From the IMG/VR virus record IMGVR_UViG_3300032287_003765, positions 4,924-68,923 of that record: a stretch of 64,000 nt of DNA, one strand, 5' to 3'. Shown one piece after another: positions 47,670 to 57,270 of this stretch; position 1 is the first letter of the stretch; each line of letters opens with the position of its first letter. Position numbers and translations under genes: made by a program. The notes under the pieces are model-generated. The model did not search any database and was not told the DNA's origin. It saw only the letters and a list, made by a program, of their open reading frames with translations. This stretch comes from a virus.

Positions 47670-48705
47670 CACAACTATAACCATAGACCAAAATCTTATA
47701 CAGCAGTTGGTTGAGCAAACTGTTGAAAAAAATATCAGCAATCTTGTTGATCAAATCTGCCACGATCCTGAATGGTCACGCCGTGTTGAGCATTTGATAA
47801 ATCAAGCCATCACCCAAGCAACGCTGACTCAGTTGGGCAACATCGATCTCAACCCGGTGATCAAAAGTTATGTGGATGCAAACATGCAACATTTTTTGAC
47901 CAATCAGCTCAAAGATTTCCGCAGCACCGGAATATCCGATCAAGCCAGTGCTTGTCAACTCACGGTCATGGATGATACCACAATGGTTGAAAACACTCTG
48001 GTTGCAAAAGATCTGCATGTGGTTGATGCCATACAGGTGCAAAATCTAGTGGTCACCGGCAGCGTCAACACTGATAATTTTTCCTGGCAGGCCTTGATTT
48101 CTGATATCAGTCAAAAAACCTTGGATGAAATCAACCAAGACTGGCAAAAAAGTTTGGTAGATCAAGTATCCAAGCTCATACAGGATCAAGGTATCAGTTT
48201 TGAATCAGTTAAAATCGGTGACGAACTTTTGATTGATGGAAACAAATTGTCATCGTCGGTTACTCAATCTAAACTACAAACCGTAGGAACTCTCGAAAGC
48301 CTGCAAGTGCGTGGAGAAGCCAAGATTTACAACACAGTCAATGTGCTCAACAAACGTTTGGGTATCAACACCGAAACTCCCGAAATGGCTTTGGGAGTCT
48401 GGGACGAAGAAGTCAGTCTCAGCATAGGCAAGCTCAAATCAGACCAGGCCTATGTTGGCACCACCCGCAATCAGACCCTGACTTTGGGAGTCAACCGTCA
48501 ACCTCATGTGGAAATTGACACCGACGGAATGACCAAAATCAAAAAATTACAAGTCGGTTTTCACAAGATCGGCCATGCCAATCAAGTTCCTGGTTGGTCC
48601 GGCACTCCTGGAGATATCATATTCAATGCCGATCCAGGTGCAGACAAAGTTTTTGCTTGGATCTGTTTGGGCTCATACAAGTGGCAAGTGCTTAAAAGTG
48701 CGTGA
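47662..48705 (+). CDS. putative virion protein (347 aa)
   Basis: SSVTQSKLQTVGTL, LGINT, GDIIFN...WIC tail-like motifs. Confidence 0.55.
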   Translation: MADTTITIDQNLIQQLVEQTVEKNISNLVDQICHDPEWSRRVEHLINQAITQATLTQLGNIDLNPVIKSYVDANMQHFLTNQLKDFRSTGISDQASACQLTVMDDTTMVENTLVAKDLHVVDAIQVQNLVVTGSVNTDNFSWQALISDISQKTLDEINQDWQKSLVDQVSKLIQDQGISFESVKIGDELLIDGNKLSSSVTQSKLQTVGTLESLQVRGEAKIYNTVNVLNKRLGINTETPEMALGVWDEEVSLSIGKLKSDQAYVGTTRNQTLTLGVNRQPHVEIDTDGMTKIKKLQVGFHKIGHANQVPGWSGTPGDIIFNADPGADKVFAWICLGSYKWQVLKSA

Positions 48706-49268
48706 TGAATATAAGTTGGGTTTTGTCAGATCAAATCACACTTGATCCAACTGTGGATGTCAAGCAATTAAAAAATATTGGCAGTCTATGGGGAGGATGG
48801 AGAACCTGGCGTGCCTGCCAAACTGACAATGTCATTTGCAATGACATGCAAAAAGCCAACGAATTGATACAAAGAGATTTTCATCGTTGTTGTAACCTGC
48901 ATATTTCTAACATCATTTATCAAAACCTCGGTCGTCCAGAACACGTGATCCTGTTTGAAGGAGAGTTCAAACACGATGTAGACCATCAGGACGAAATCAT
49001 AGCCATGCATTTGGCAGCAGCCAACAGTGACATAGTGTTGATGTTGGGATTCGATCTGTCCAAAAAAAATCCACATGCAGACAAACTGGTCGAGCACACG
49101 CTACGCAATTATCGCGGATTAGTCAGACAAGCTATCTTGAACAATGATCAGGCGCAATGGGTAGTGGTGGATCATATCCAAGAGCTGCATACCGAATATG
49201 CGAAATTGCCAAATATAACCTGTGACACACTTAACAATATTTTAGAAAATTTTGAGTTTGACAACTAG
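48702..49268 (+). CDS. hypothetical protein (MLGFD motif)
   Basis: Coupled ORF. Confidence 0.65.
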   Translation: MMNISWVLSDQITLDPTVDVKQLKNIGSLWGGWRTWRACQTDNVICNDMQKANELIQRDFHRCCNLHISNIIYQNLGRPEHVILFEGEFKHDVDHQDEIIAMHLAAANSDIVLMLGFDLSKKNPHADKLVEHTLRNYRGLVRQAILNNDQAQWVVVDHIQELHTEYAKLPNITCDTLNNILENFEFDN

Positions 49269-49287
49269 CCCCTGAATGCAGTATAAT
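49258..49287 (+). promoter_or_regulatory. sigma70-type promoter TTGACA-N18-TATAAT
   Basis: Direct; ATG 5 nt downstream. Confidence 0.7.
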
Positions 49288-49292
49288 AAGGT

Positions 49293-50324
49293 ATGTCTAC
49301 TCTCAAACGTATTGGTTTCTGTTGCAAATGGCTCAATGATCCGTCCGAATGTGGCGGCATGAAAGTCAATGCCAAGGACCGTGACCTAAACGGACGAAGC
49401 ACTACCATGCGTTGGTTGCGTGAGCATCCTGAGGAAGCCGAACAACGCCAATGGGACATCATGAATCACAACGCCTCGGCCGCTGTGAAACTGATCGAGC
49501 GTGTGGCCACCTTGCCAGCTAATCGTAGAATGGTGCGTCTGGGTAGCGAAATGCTACAGGGCTACACAGAGAAAGACTGGAAGGCCTGGTGGCAAGATCC
49601 TGCGATACAGGCACACTGTGAGCGGATATTTGAACCCATTGGCGAAACAGCCCGCAGATTAGATGTCAGGCTCAGTTTCCATCCTGGACAGTTCTGTGTG
49701 CTGGGGTCAGAGTCAGAAGAAATAGTAAATAGAAGCATAGAGGAGTTTGAATATCATGCGGATATGGCCAGATGGATGGGTTATGGCAAATCCTTCCAGG
49801 ATTTTAAAATCAACGTACACATATCAGGTAAAGCCGGTGCCGCAGGTGCACGCCGTGCCTGGTCAAGGCTATCCCCCACAGCCCGCAGTTGTATTACATT
49901 TGAAAACGAAGAAATAACACATGGCCTGGATCGTTGTCTTGAACTTGCTGATATTGTTCCTACTGTGCTTGATGTTCACCATCACTGGATCAAGACGGGA
50001 GAATATATTTCGCCCACGGACGATAGGGTCAAGCGTGTGGTGGACAGTTGGCGTGGTGTGCGTCCTGCTATGCACTACAGCGTTAGCCGTGAAGACATAC
50101 TTGTTGATCATGCCGTTCACCATAAACCAGATCATGCAAGTCTGCTAGAAAGCGGACACAAGAAACAAAAACTACGAGCACACTCAGACTTTTATTGGAA
50201 CCCGGCTGTAACAGATTGGGCCCTGGGTTTCTGGGATCAATTTGATATACAGTGCGAAAGCAAGGGCAAGAACTTGGCCAGTGAGCAGGTCTACAACCGT
50301 GCAGTAGAACTAGGGTTGGTATAG
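49293..50324 (+). CDS. uvsE: UV-damage endonuclease UvsE
   Basis: RIGFCC, RLSFHPGQF, EFEYH, NVH, FENEE, LDVHHHW, HYS, AHSD, ESKGK. Confidence 0.92.
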   Translation: MSTLKRIGFCCKWLNDPSECGGMKVNAKDRDLNGRSTTMRWLREHPEEAEQRQWDIMNHNASAAVKLIERVATLPANRRMVRLGSEMLQGYTEKDWKAWWQDPAIQAHCERIFEPIGETARRLDVRLSFHPGQFCVLGSESEEIVNRSIEEFEYHADMARWMGYGKSFQDFKINVHISGKAGAAGARRAWSRLSPTARSCITFENEEITHGLDRCLELADIVPTVLDVHHHWIKTGEYISPTDDRVKRVVDSWRGVRPAMHYSVSREDILVDHAVHHKPDHASLLESGHKKQKLRAHSDFYWNPAVTDWALGFWDQFDIQCESKGKNLASEQVYNRAVELGLV

Positions 50325-50327
50325 ATC

Positions 50328-50501
50328 ATGTTTCTGGGTATATTATTTCTGATTGTAATCATGTTGACATTTTCGATCTCACACATGGTCAAATATGATC
50401 CGGGCATGACATCTGTGGAAATAGCCGGCGAAACATGCATGATAATTCTTGCCGGAGTCATGGTCTATGTGGTGTTGTATTTCATATGTGTAGCCTTATG
50501 A
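50328..50501 (+). CDS. 57-aa 2-TM membrane protein (not in ORF track)
   Basis: Manual translation MFLGILFLIVIML...; ATGA overlap with the next ORF. Confidence 0.5.
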   Translation: MFLGILFLIVIMLTFSISHMVKYDPGMTSVEIAGETCMIILAGVMVYVVLYFICVAL

Positions 50502-50788
50502 ACGACATAATATCAGATGTATGGTCCTGGATCTGTGAAGACTACCGTAGTTGGCCTTTGAGATTTGTGGCCGAGTTCACAGCCTGGATGATCAGTGTGG
50601 GGTGTAGTGTGGTCATGGCCATAACCATACCCAATCCACCATTCTTGATCTTGTATCCTTTGTTTATTGCTGGATGTGGCATGATGGCCTGGGCGGCCTG
50701 GACACGCCGGAGTTTTGGCATGCTGGCCAACTATGTCTTGTTGGTCACCATTGACACTGTGGGTCTAACACGACTGATATTAGGTTGA
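50498..50788 (+). CDS. small 3-TM membrane protein
   Basis: Start at MNDIIS. Confidence 0.7.
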   Translation: MNDIISDVWSWICEDYRSWPLRFVAEFTAWMISVGCSVVMAITIPNPPFLILYPLFIAGCGMMAWAAWTRRSFGMLANYVLLVTIDTVGLTRLILG

Positions 50789-50968
50789 TTTTTTAGGAGA
50801 TTTTTTTGCAACTGGCTTCTTGGTTGCAGGCTTTTTGGTCTTCGCAGCCGGCTTTTCTTCCTTGACAGTTTTAGGAAACGGAAACTGACTGGGCTCTTCT
50901 ACCTTGTAAGGCGCCGCGGTGGGCTCAGCAGGTTTAGCTCCGAAAATTTTCTTTAAGAATGATAACAT
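50780..50968 (-). CDS. 62-aa Lys/Pro/Ala-rich basic protein
   Basis: SD AAGGAG, upstream TAAATA; amphipathic N-terminus MLSFLKKIFG. Confidence 0.7.
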   Translation of the reverse strand: MLSFLKKIFGAKPAEPTAAPYKVEEPSQFPFPKTVKEEKPAAKTKKPATKKPVAKKSPKKST

Positions 50969-50998
50969 GGTAGTTCTCCTTGTATGATATTTACCGTT

Positions 50999-51418
50999 TT
51001 ATTCTGCGGTAAAACGATTTGACTTGGCGCGATTTTCGTTTTTGGTTATAATTCTTAAATTGGCTTCGGTGTGAAGCCCACATACTACTTTGCTAGTCAA
51101 TGGAATAATATGATCTACTTCGTGTGGTATTCCAGTGGATTCAGTCAGTCTTTTCGCTTCAATATATATGGAATTGATAGCGGCTCTATCCGCCCATTTA
51201 GGAGTCGATTGTGCTGTTCTTTTTTGTTTGCGTAATACATATTGCTGAATATATGCTAAAGTCCTTATCTTTTTTTCAGTTGCCGTTTCGTTGGCTTTTG
51301 TTTTAATACCGTATCGTTTTTCAGATCCAAACTTAGACCGATGTGAATTACAACAAAATCTTGTGCGATGATTTTTCACTAGATTATTACAATCAGATAG
51401 TTCGCATTTTTTTAGCAT
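50999..51418 (-). CDS. free-standing HNH endonuclease
   Basis: HEVDHIIPL...CGLH..ANL......N..KSN; AT-rich. Confidence 0.85.
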   Translation of the reverse strand: MLKKCELSDCNNLVKNHRTRFCCNSHRSKFGSEKRYGIKTKANETATEKKIRTLAYIQQYVLRKQKRTAQSTPKWADRAAINSIYIEAKRLTESTGIPHEVDHIIPLTSKVVCGLHTEANLRIITKNENRAKSNRFTAE

Positions 51419-51522
51419 ACCAATATTTAGTTAGATAATCTATGCTGTGATGCAAAAAAAACTAAATAAAGTCAGTAGAAACCATGAGTCTCTACTGTTT
51501 AATTTACTCAAAAGGAAAAATT

Positions 51523-51654
51523 ATGTTAAAATCAATCAAAGCAATAGTTGGCACCATATGGGAAATCCTGTGCCAAACAGGTCAGGCCAAATATGCCGCA
51601 GAATTAGCCCGCAATCAGCAATGGCAACGAGCACAAGATCTTTATAAAAAGTAA
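51523..51654 (+). CDS. 43-aa hypothetical protein (not in ORF track)
   Basis: TAAATA at 51463, leader hairpin, SD AAAGGA; MLKSIKAIVGTIWEIL... Confidence 0.6.
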   Translation: MLKSIKAIVGTIWEILCQTGQAKYAAELARNQQWQRAQDLYKK

Positions 51655-51685
51655 CATTTAACCGGTTGCAGATACAGCTAAGTAC

Positions 51686-52399
51686 ATGATGACAGCAATT
51701 ATTGCGACCTTGGTAATGGTCCAAATTACCATAGCCTGCGTCACGTTGTATCTACACAGAAGCCAAGCTCATAGAGCTGTGCATTTCCACCCCGTAATGA
51801 CTCACTTTATGCGTTTTTGGTTATGGCTCACAACCGGCATGGTCACACGTGAGTGGGTGGCTATACATCGCCGACATCATCAACGGAGCGATCAAGCCGG
51901 AGATCCACACAGCCCACAGATCTATGGTATCTGGCGTGTGCTGTTTGGTGGTGCATTCTTGTATCACTCAGCCAGCAAGGACCGAGACATGGTTGAACGA
52001 CTCAGCACAGGCACACCCGATGACTGGATCGAGCGCAACTTGTATGCCCGTCACAGTCGCTTGGGCATCATGATCATGTTGGCCATTGATGTAGCATTGT
52101 TTGGTGCTTGGGGATTCTTGGTCTGGGGCATACAAATGATTTGGATACCATTTTTTGCGGCCGGAGTCATAAACGGGCTCAGTCACTGGTGGGGTTACAG
52201 AAATGTAGAGACACCAGATACTTCACGGAATCTAATACCTTGGGCTTTCTGGATCGGCGGGGAGGAGTTGCACGCCAATCATCACGCAGACGGTGCTAAT
52301 GCTTCCTTTCGAATGAAATGGTGGGAGTTTGACATTGGCTGGATGTATATTTGCATACTAAAAGCACTTGGATTAGCCAAACTTAGACCAAGGTCTTGA
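51686..52399 (+). CDS. membrane delta-9 fatty acid desaturase
   Basis: His boxes HRSQAH, HRRHH, HANHH; GEELH; WWEFDIGW. Confidence 0.92.
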   Translation: MMTAIIATLVMVQITIACVTLYLHRSQAHRAVHFHPVMTHFMRFWLWLTTGMVTREWVAIHRRHHQRSDQAGDPHSPQIYGIWRVLFGGAFLYHSASKDRDMVERLSTGTPDDWIERNLYARHSRLGIMIMLAIDVALFGAWGFLVWGIQMIWIPFFAAGVINGLSHWWGYRNVETPDTSRNLIPWAFWIGGEELHANHHADGANASFRMKWWEFDIGWMYICILKALGLAKLRPRS

Positions 52400-52400
52400 T

Positions 52401-52781
52401 TTAAACCTTCGAAAACGTCATAGAGATAGTGCCGCCTTGTTCAAATCCGTTCCAGGGCAACACAGTGGCGCCACCATTTTGAGTTTGTGTAAAGCCTGTG
52501 CCATTGGCATCAGCCACAAGTTTGATGCTCTGATCCGTTGGCGCCTGCCAACCGCGATCCATGTAAACTCCGGCCATGGGTCCATAGGCCACGCTACCTT
52601 GCATGTACCATTGATTGGGTACATTCCAAAAACGCAGAGCATTGGTATTGTTGGGATCTGATGTGGTGTTTGACCATGATCCTCCAGGCGGTATGGTGGC
52701 AAGATCGCCCACGGCATTGTGATTAACTGTTAGGTTGTAATCGGTATTGTTGGTTATGTTTAAGGTTGCTGACCAGGTCAT
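52401..52781 (-). CDS. beta-rich hypothetical protein (126 aa)
   Basis: SD GGAGG, TAAGTA upstream; Asn/Thr/Gly-rich. Confidence 0.7.
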   Translation of the reverse strand: MTWSATLNITNNTDYNLTVNHNAVGDLATIPPGGSWSNTTSDPNNTNALRFWNVPNQWYMQGSVAYGPMAGVYMDRGWQAPTDQSIKLVADANGTGFTQTQNGGATVLPWNGFEQGGTISMTFSKV

Positions 52782-52974
52782 GTTGATCCTCCATTTGATA
52801 AATCTACTTAGTTAATAATCAGTCTCAGTCTTGCCAAAAACTACCAAAAAGAAGCGGAAAAATGTTGCGATCGCACAATTTATCATATATAATAATGTTG
52901 CACTGCCAGGTAATGCTGAATGGTTCGGGTTATCAAGAGCAGTCAAATTCGCTTATTTAAAAAGGAAAAGCAAA

Positions 52975-53241
52975 ATGGAATTCCAAAAAATCGACTTCTC
53001 TAAGTTATTCGACATCACAGCAGCAATCGACAACATGCACAAAGGTGTTACAAACATGATCACTTACATGCCCGAGCAAGTTCGTAAAAGTGCTCACACT
53101 GTGGTAGATGCACAGTTTGGCTTGATCCGCACAACCAACCGGGCTGTGAAAGAGTTTGCCGAAACTGTAGAAGCAGTGGCCAAAGAAACACAAAAAGAAA
53201 TCACCAAAACTGTAGAAAAAGCCACCAAAGTAAGTGCTTAA
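52975..53241 (+). CDS. phasin-like amphipathic helical protein (88 aa)
   Basis: Start at MEFQK after SD AAAGGA; all-helical composition; own terminator. Confidence 0.45.
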   Translation: MEFQKIDFSKLFDITAAIDNMHKGVTNMITYMPEQVRKSAHTVVDAQFGLIRTTNRAVKEFAETVEAVAKETQKEITKTVEKATKVSA

Positions 53242-53269
53242 TTAACCAGCAATACCAATTGGTATATTG

Positions 53270-53296
53270 GGCCCTGGCAACAGGGCCTTTCTTTTT
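53270..53296 (+). terminator. intrinsic terminator
   Basis: GGCCCTG-GCAA-CAGGGCC-TTTCTTTTT. Confidence 0.85.
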
Positions 53297-53379
53297 GAAT
53301 AAATTGTTTGGGCAAAGTTGTCATAAGTAGTAGAGTGGCACAGAATCATGTGCTATAATATACATAGATAACTCCAATC

Positions 53380-53967
53380 ATGCCTATTTTACAAGAAACC
53401 GACAATTCTGAAAAAGAACCCAGCCGCTTGCTTCAAGAAGCCGGCATGTATGTGTTCATGGGTGAAGTCAACGACGACACCATCCGCCCCATAATCGAGT
53501 GGATCTTGGTGGAAAATCATGTGGTCAAGAAAAAGAAAAAAGAGTTGTTGCTCATGGTATGTTCAGAAGGCGGCAGCGTGGAAGATGCTTTTGCCTTGAT
53601 CGATGTGATGAAAGCGTCAAGCATTCCAATCAAGACCGTAGGCTTAGGTGTGATAGCCAGTGCCGGACTCATGATATTCTTGGCCGGACATGCTGGCCGT
53701 AAAATACTCACGCCCAACACCAGTATCCTGAGTCATCAGTATAGCAACAGCCACGAAGGCAAGCATCATGAACTGTTTGCCATAGCCAAAGAGCACAATC
53801 TCATACAAGCAAGAATGTTGGAACACTATCGGTCAGCCACGGGTCTGGACACTGACACTATCTTGGAAAAATTGTTACCGCCCAGTGATATCTATCTTAG
53901 TGCAGAAGAAGCTCTGGAGCTCAACATCTGCGATTTTATCAGCGATTTGAAAAATAATCAACGCTGA
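53380..53967 (+). CDS. ClpP-like serine protease
   Basis: SEGG, GVIASAG (Ser), SHQ (His), DIYLSAEEA. Confidence 0.85.
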   Translation: MPILQETDNSEKEPSRLLQEAGMYVFMGEVNDDTIRPIIEWILVENHVVKKKKKELLLMVCSEGGSVEDAFALIDVMKASSIPIKTVGLGVIASAGLMIFLAGHAGRKILTPNTSILSHQYSNSHEGKHHELFAIAKEHNLIQARMLEHYRSATGLDTDTILEKLLPPSDIYLSAEEALELNICDFISDLKNNQR

Positions 53968-55520
53968 CGATCTCTTCCCAAAGTCTGTTTATTTCCGTAT
54001 TTCTTCTCTACACCCCCGGCTCTGGCAGTCACAGCTGATCTTGGCGGAATATAATCAACCAACTCACCGGCCTGACTTGGCCCTGGTGCATCTGTAGTAG
54101 CTGACTTTTCTACGTTGGGCACTTCTTTAGGCTGTTTGTTAATGTTGAACACCAACTTACCACCAGAACTGGAGGTGGAACTATAACTTTTTTGTGCTTC
54201 CAATGTGACCTGGGTAAACAATTTGCTGGGCCATATGGTATTGAATCCATTGATCACGAATTGATCTTTGCTTTTCTTGGCTTCGGTATACATCTGCACA
54301 AAGGCCGAGTGATTTAATATATCCGCGGCTGCTTCTGAGAAGTTGGTGTTCATGTTGATTTCGTTGCAGACCTTGTAGGCAATACTGCTGACCAAGTGAT
54401 TCAACGGAACAACTTTACTGGGATTTTCTGCGGTACGATCTTTGTAAATCTGTTTGAGATTTTTGCTTAGATCTGTTTTATCAATATCAAAGTTTGGGTC
54501 ACCGGCTGATGATTTCAAACTCATGACCTGCGGTATCTCTGCGGCAGAAATTATTCCTAGATCAACGGCTAGATCCAATGGACCACTGTCGTGGTTACCT
54601 TTGTCAATGATCTCTAATATACCAATGGCCTCGGCATAATTTTCGCGGAACTGGGTCATGCCTGCGGCTTCAAGTTCCTGCACACTACGCATCAAGTTCA
54701 CGCTGCTGGCCATGGCACCAACACCACCTTTGCTGCTTAATTTGATTTGTTTACCTGCTGGGTTGATCAGCAAACTGTCATAGAGTTTGCCTCCTGGCTT
54801 GTCGTCAAAACTCACAACGCAATCACTGTAGGTGCCATCTAGGAATTTTTTAGCAGCCTCAGCGGCATTGCCGCTCACTGGTTGTCCTTGTATCAGCACA
54901 ATAGGCTGTAGCATTTCACAAAAGTAATCACGGAAACCAGCAAAGTCCATGTTGCCTGCTGGCACACTTACAGGAAATGCTGATGCACTGGTTATGATTT
55001 CTGCGGCACGATATTCATCTGAATCTGCTCCAAACCGTTCTTGGATCTGTGCCATGATCGAGGCAGGAGTCTGGCTTTTAAATTGTTTCAAAACTTGGCT
55101 GGGCTTGTAGCCTACATTTTCTTTGCTACCGCGAGCATCAGCTTGGCTAAAGCCTCCTGGAATATCGTCAGTCTGAAAGAATTTATTTGCGTCATGAACA
55201 GCCTTGATGTCTCGAGCAAACTTGACCAAATAGCGTGTGCCCACAGCAGTATCAAATGTAGCCACAGCAAATGCTCGATTGCTGTTGCTGGGCTGATTGA
55301 CCATTTCAATAGGATGTCCCAGTTGTTTTTGAACCGCGTCAAAGGCTGCTTGGGTTTCCTCTTTGGTAGCATATTGTCCAACTTTGGGATAAAATGTTAG
55401 ATTTTGGAAAACAATTTGATCGTCTGGGCCATCCCCTCTTTTGTAAATGGCGCCAGGTTTTCTGCCGCTGAGTCCGCGGCTTTCTGATAGGTTATTAATT
55501 AGGTTTATAAGGTCTCTCAT
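53958..55520 (-). CDS. hypothetical, probably virion-associated protein (520 aa)
   Basis: N-terminus MRDLINLINNLSE; DS...KLSSK resembles a PD-(D/E)XK-like core. Confidence 0.65.
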   Translation of the reverse strand: MRDLINLINNLSESRGLSGRKPGAIYKRGDGPDDQIVFQNLTFYPKVGQYATKEETQAAFDAVQKQLGHPIEMVNQPSNSNRAFAVATFDTAVGTRYLVKFARDIKAVHDANKFFQTDDIPGGFSQADARGSKENVGYKPSQVLKQFKSQTPASIMAQIQERFGADSDEYRAAEIITSASAFPVSVPAGNMDFAGFRDYFCEMLQPIVLIQGQPVSGNAAEAAKKFLDGTYSDCVVSFDDKPGGKLYDSLLINPAGKQIKLSSKGGVGAMASSVNLMRSVQELEAAGMTQFRENYAEAIGILEIIDKGNHDSGPLDLAVDLGIISAAEIPQVMSLKSSAGDPNFDIDKTDLSKNLKQIYKDRTAENPSKVVPLNHLVSSIAYKVCNEINMNTNFSEAAADILNHSAFVQMYTEAKKSKDQFVINGFNTIWPSKLFTQVTLEAQKSYSSTSSSGGKLVFNINKQPKEVPNVEKSATTDAPGPSQAGELVDYIPPRSAVTARAGGVEKKYGNKQTLGRDRQR

Positions 55521-55577
55521 TGTGTTTTCATAATTACTATGTTATACTTATCAAAACAACAAGGTTTATCTAACTTC

Positions 55578-56879
55578 ATGCCATTCAAAGACACATTCTG
55601 CCCCAGTCCCTGGATACACATGCGTATCAACAATTCAGGAACCTACGAGCCCTGCAGATGGATGACCAAATCTCATTCAGTCAGCCGTCACAATCAATCC
55701 CATAACATACAGCAAATGCCCGTTCAACAATTTTTTCAAAAAACAATGGCACCGTTGCGAACTAGCCTATTGCAAGGAATCCAACCAGACATGTGTAATG
55801 ATTGTGCTTTGATGGAAAAAAACAAAAAAACCAGTGGTCGCCAGCGTCAGCTGCTGAAAATAGGTGTGCAACAACAATATTTTGAAAAAAGTCTGGCCAG
55901 TTCTGGGATCAGGCATGATTTTGATTACAGTGACCAGAATCAAGGACAAACCACACGCATGCCAGTGGATTGGCAAATAGATCTTGGCAATTACTGCAAT
56001 GGTGGTTGTGTGTTTTGCAGACCAGAAAGTTCCAGCACTTTGGCCACAGAATTTTTACGACTTGGACTGATAGATAAAACGCCTCCACGTAGCTGGTGTG
56101 ATGATCCGGCCTTGTTAGATCAATTTGTTGATAATCTAACATGCAGTCCCAACGTTAGATATCTGCATTTTATTGGTGGTGAAACTTTGATTACTCCGGG
56201 TTTCAAAAAAATTTTGCTGGCCTTGATCCAGGCAGGCACAGCTCCCCAGATCACCATTGGTTTTACCACCAACCTAACGGTCTGGGACCACAGTGTGATA
56301 GATTTATTTGGTGAATTTGACTGTGTGAATCTTGGCGTGAGCATAGAATGTATGACTCATCTCAACGACTATGTGCGGTGGCCTTCTAAATTTGATCAGA
56401 CTATGAAAACTCTTGATCAATGGTTGGCCACCGCAAGGCAAAAAAAATGGCTGGTGCAATTGCGCACCACTCCAACCTGTCTGACTGTGCATGAACTTTT
56501 GACTGTGCATGAATTTGCCTGGCACCATGACATCAGTGTTGAAACTTGTAATTTCTTAAACAGTCCAGAATTTATGAGAATCAGCGTGTTACCTCAAGAA
56601 TACAGACGGCCAGTGATAGATCAGTTTCGTGCCTGGATCGCTGACAAAAATCTGAGCCAAGTGGACCAAATCATAAACACTCGTAACCCAAATTTGGCCA
56701 AACAGCAGGTCATTCAAGACGCTGAAAGTTATCTGAACTATCTCGAATCAGCCGCGGATGAAAGCCATAGATTGCCAGATCTCGTGAAATTTATCAAGCA
56801 ACTAGAAAGCAGTCGAGGCAACTGTATTTTAAATTATCTACCCCAGTATGAAGACCTATTCAGATCTGCAGGCTATTGA
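55578..56879 (+). CDS. radical SAM protein with N-terminal SPASM/Twitch-like Cys domain
   Basis: CNGGCVFC, GGET, TTN; N-terminal CPSPW...PC...CNDC. Confidence 0.85.
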   Translation: MPFKDTFCPSPWIHMRINNSGTYEPCRWMTKSHSVSRHNQSHNIQQMPVQQFFQKTMAPLRTSLLQGIQPDMCNDCALMEKNKKTSGRQRQLLKIGVQQQYFEKSLASSGIRHDFDYSDQNQGQTTRMPVDWQIDLGNYCNGGCVFCRPESSSTLATEFLRLGLIDKTPPRSWCDDPALLDQFVDNLTCSPNVRYLHFIGGETLITPGFKKILLALIQAGTAPQITIGFTTNLTVWDHSVIDLFGEFDCVNLGVSIECMTHLNDYVRWPSKFDQTMKTLDQWLATARQKKWLVQLRTTPTCLTVHELLTVHEFAWHHDISVETCNFLNSPEFMRISVLPQEYRRPVIDQFRAWIADKNLSQVDQIINTRNPNLAKQQVIQDAESYLNYLESAADESHRLPDLVKFIKQLESSRGNCILNYLPQYEDLFRSAGY

Positions 56880-57270
56880 TCGGCGGTTGCACTGCCACAT
56901 GGAACTGGAACCCGTGGGCAATCCCGAAGTGTCGGTGATCATTGCCGGTGTGTATGGCGGCGGAAAACTTTTCCAATCTGTTGTATTTGATATCAGCACG
57001 GATCTGTTGAAACCTTTCACTATCGAAATTGAACTTCGAAATAAAACATACTCCACAGAGCATGAAACTGCCGTGATCATCAAACAGTTACAGATAGACG
57101 GTATAGATCTTGTGCCCAGATTTGACTATCTGGCTGTGTACGACAACGATCACGGCAACACCGACCCTACCAGTTATCTGGGTTTCAATGGTAAGTGGAC
57201 ACTGACCTTTGACCGCCCTTTTTATCAATGGTTGCATCAGACCACAGCACAAGGCTGGCTTATAAGTTAG
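56848..57270 (+). CDS. hypothetical protein (140 aa)
   Basis: Overlaps the radical SAM gene end. Confidence 0.65.
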   Translation: MKTYSDLQAIDRRLHCHMELEPVGNPEVSVIIAGVYGGGKLFQSVVFDISTDLLKPFTIEIELRNKTYSTEHETAVIIKQLQIDGIDLVPRFDYLAVYDNDHGNTDPTSYLGFNGKWTLTFDRPFYQWLHQTTAQGWLIS

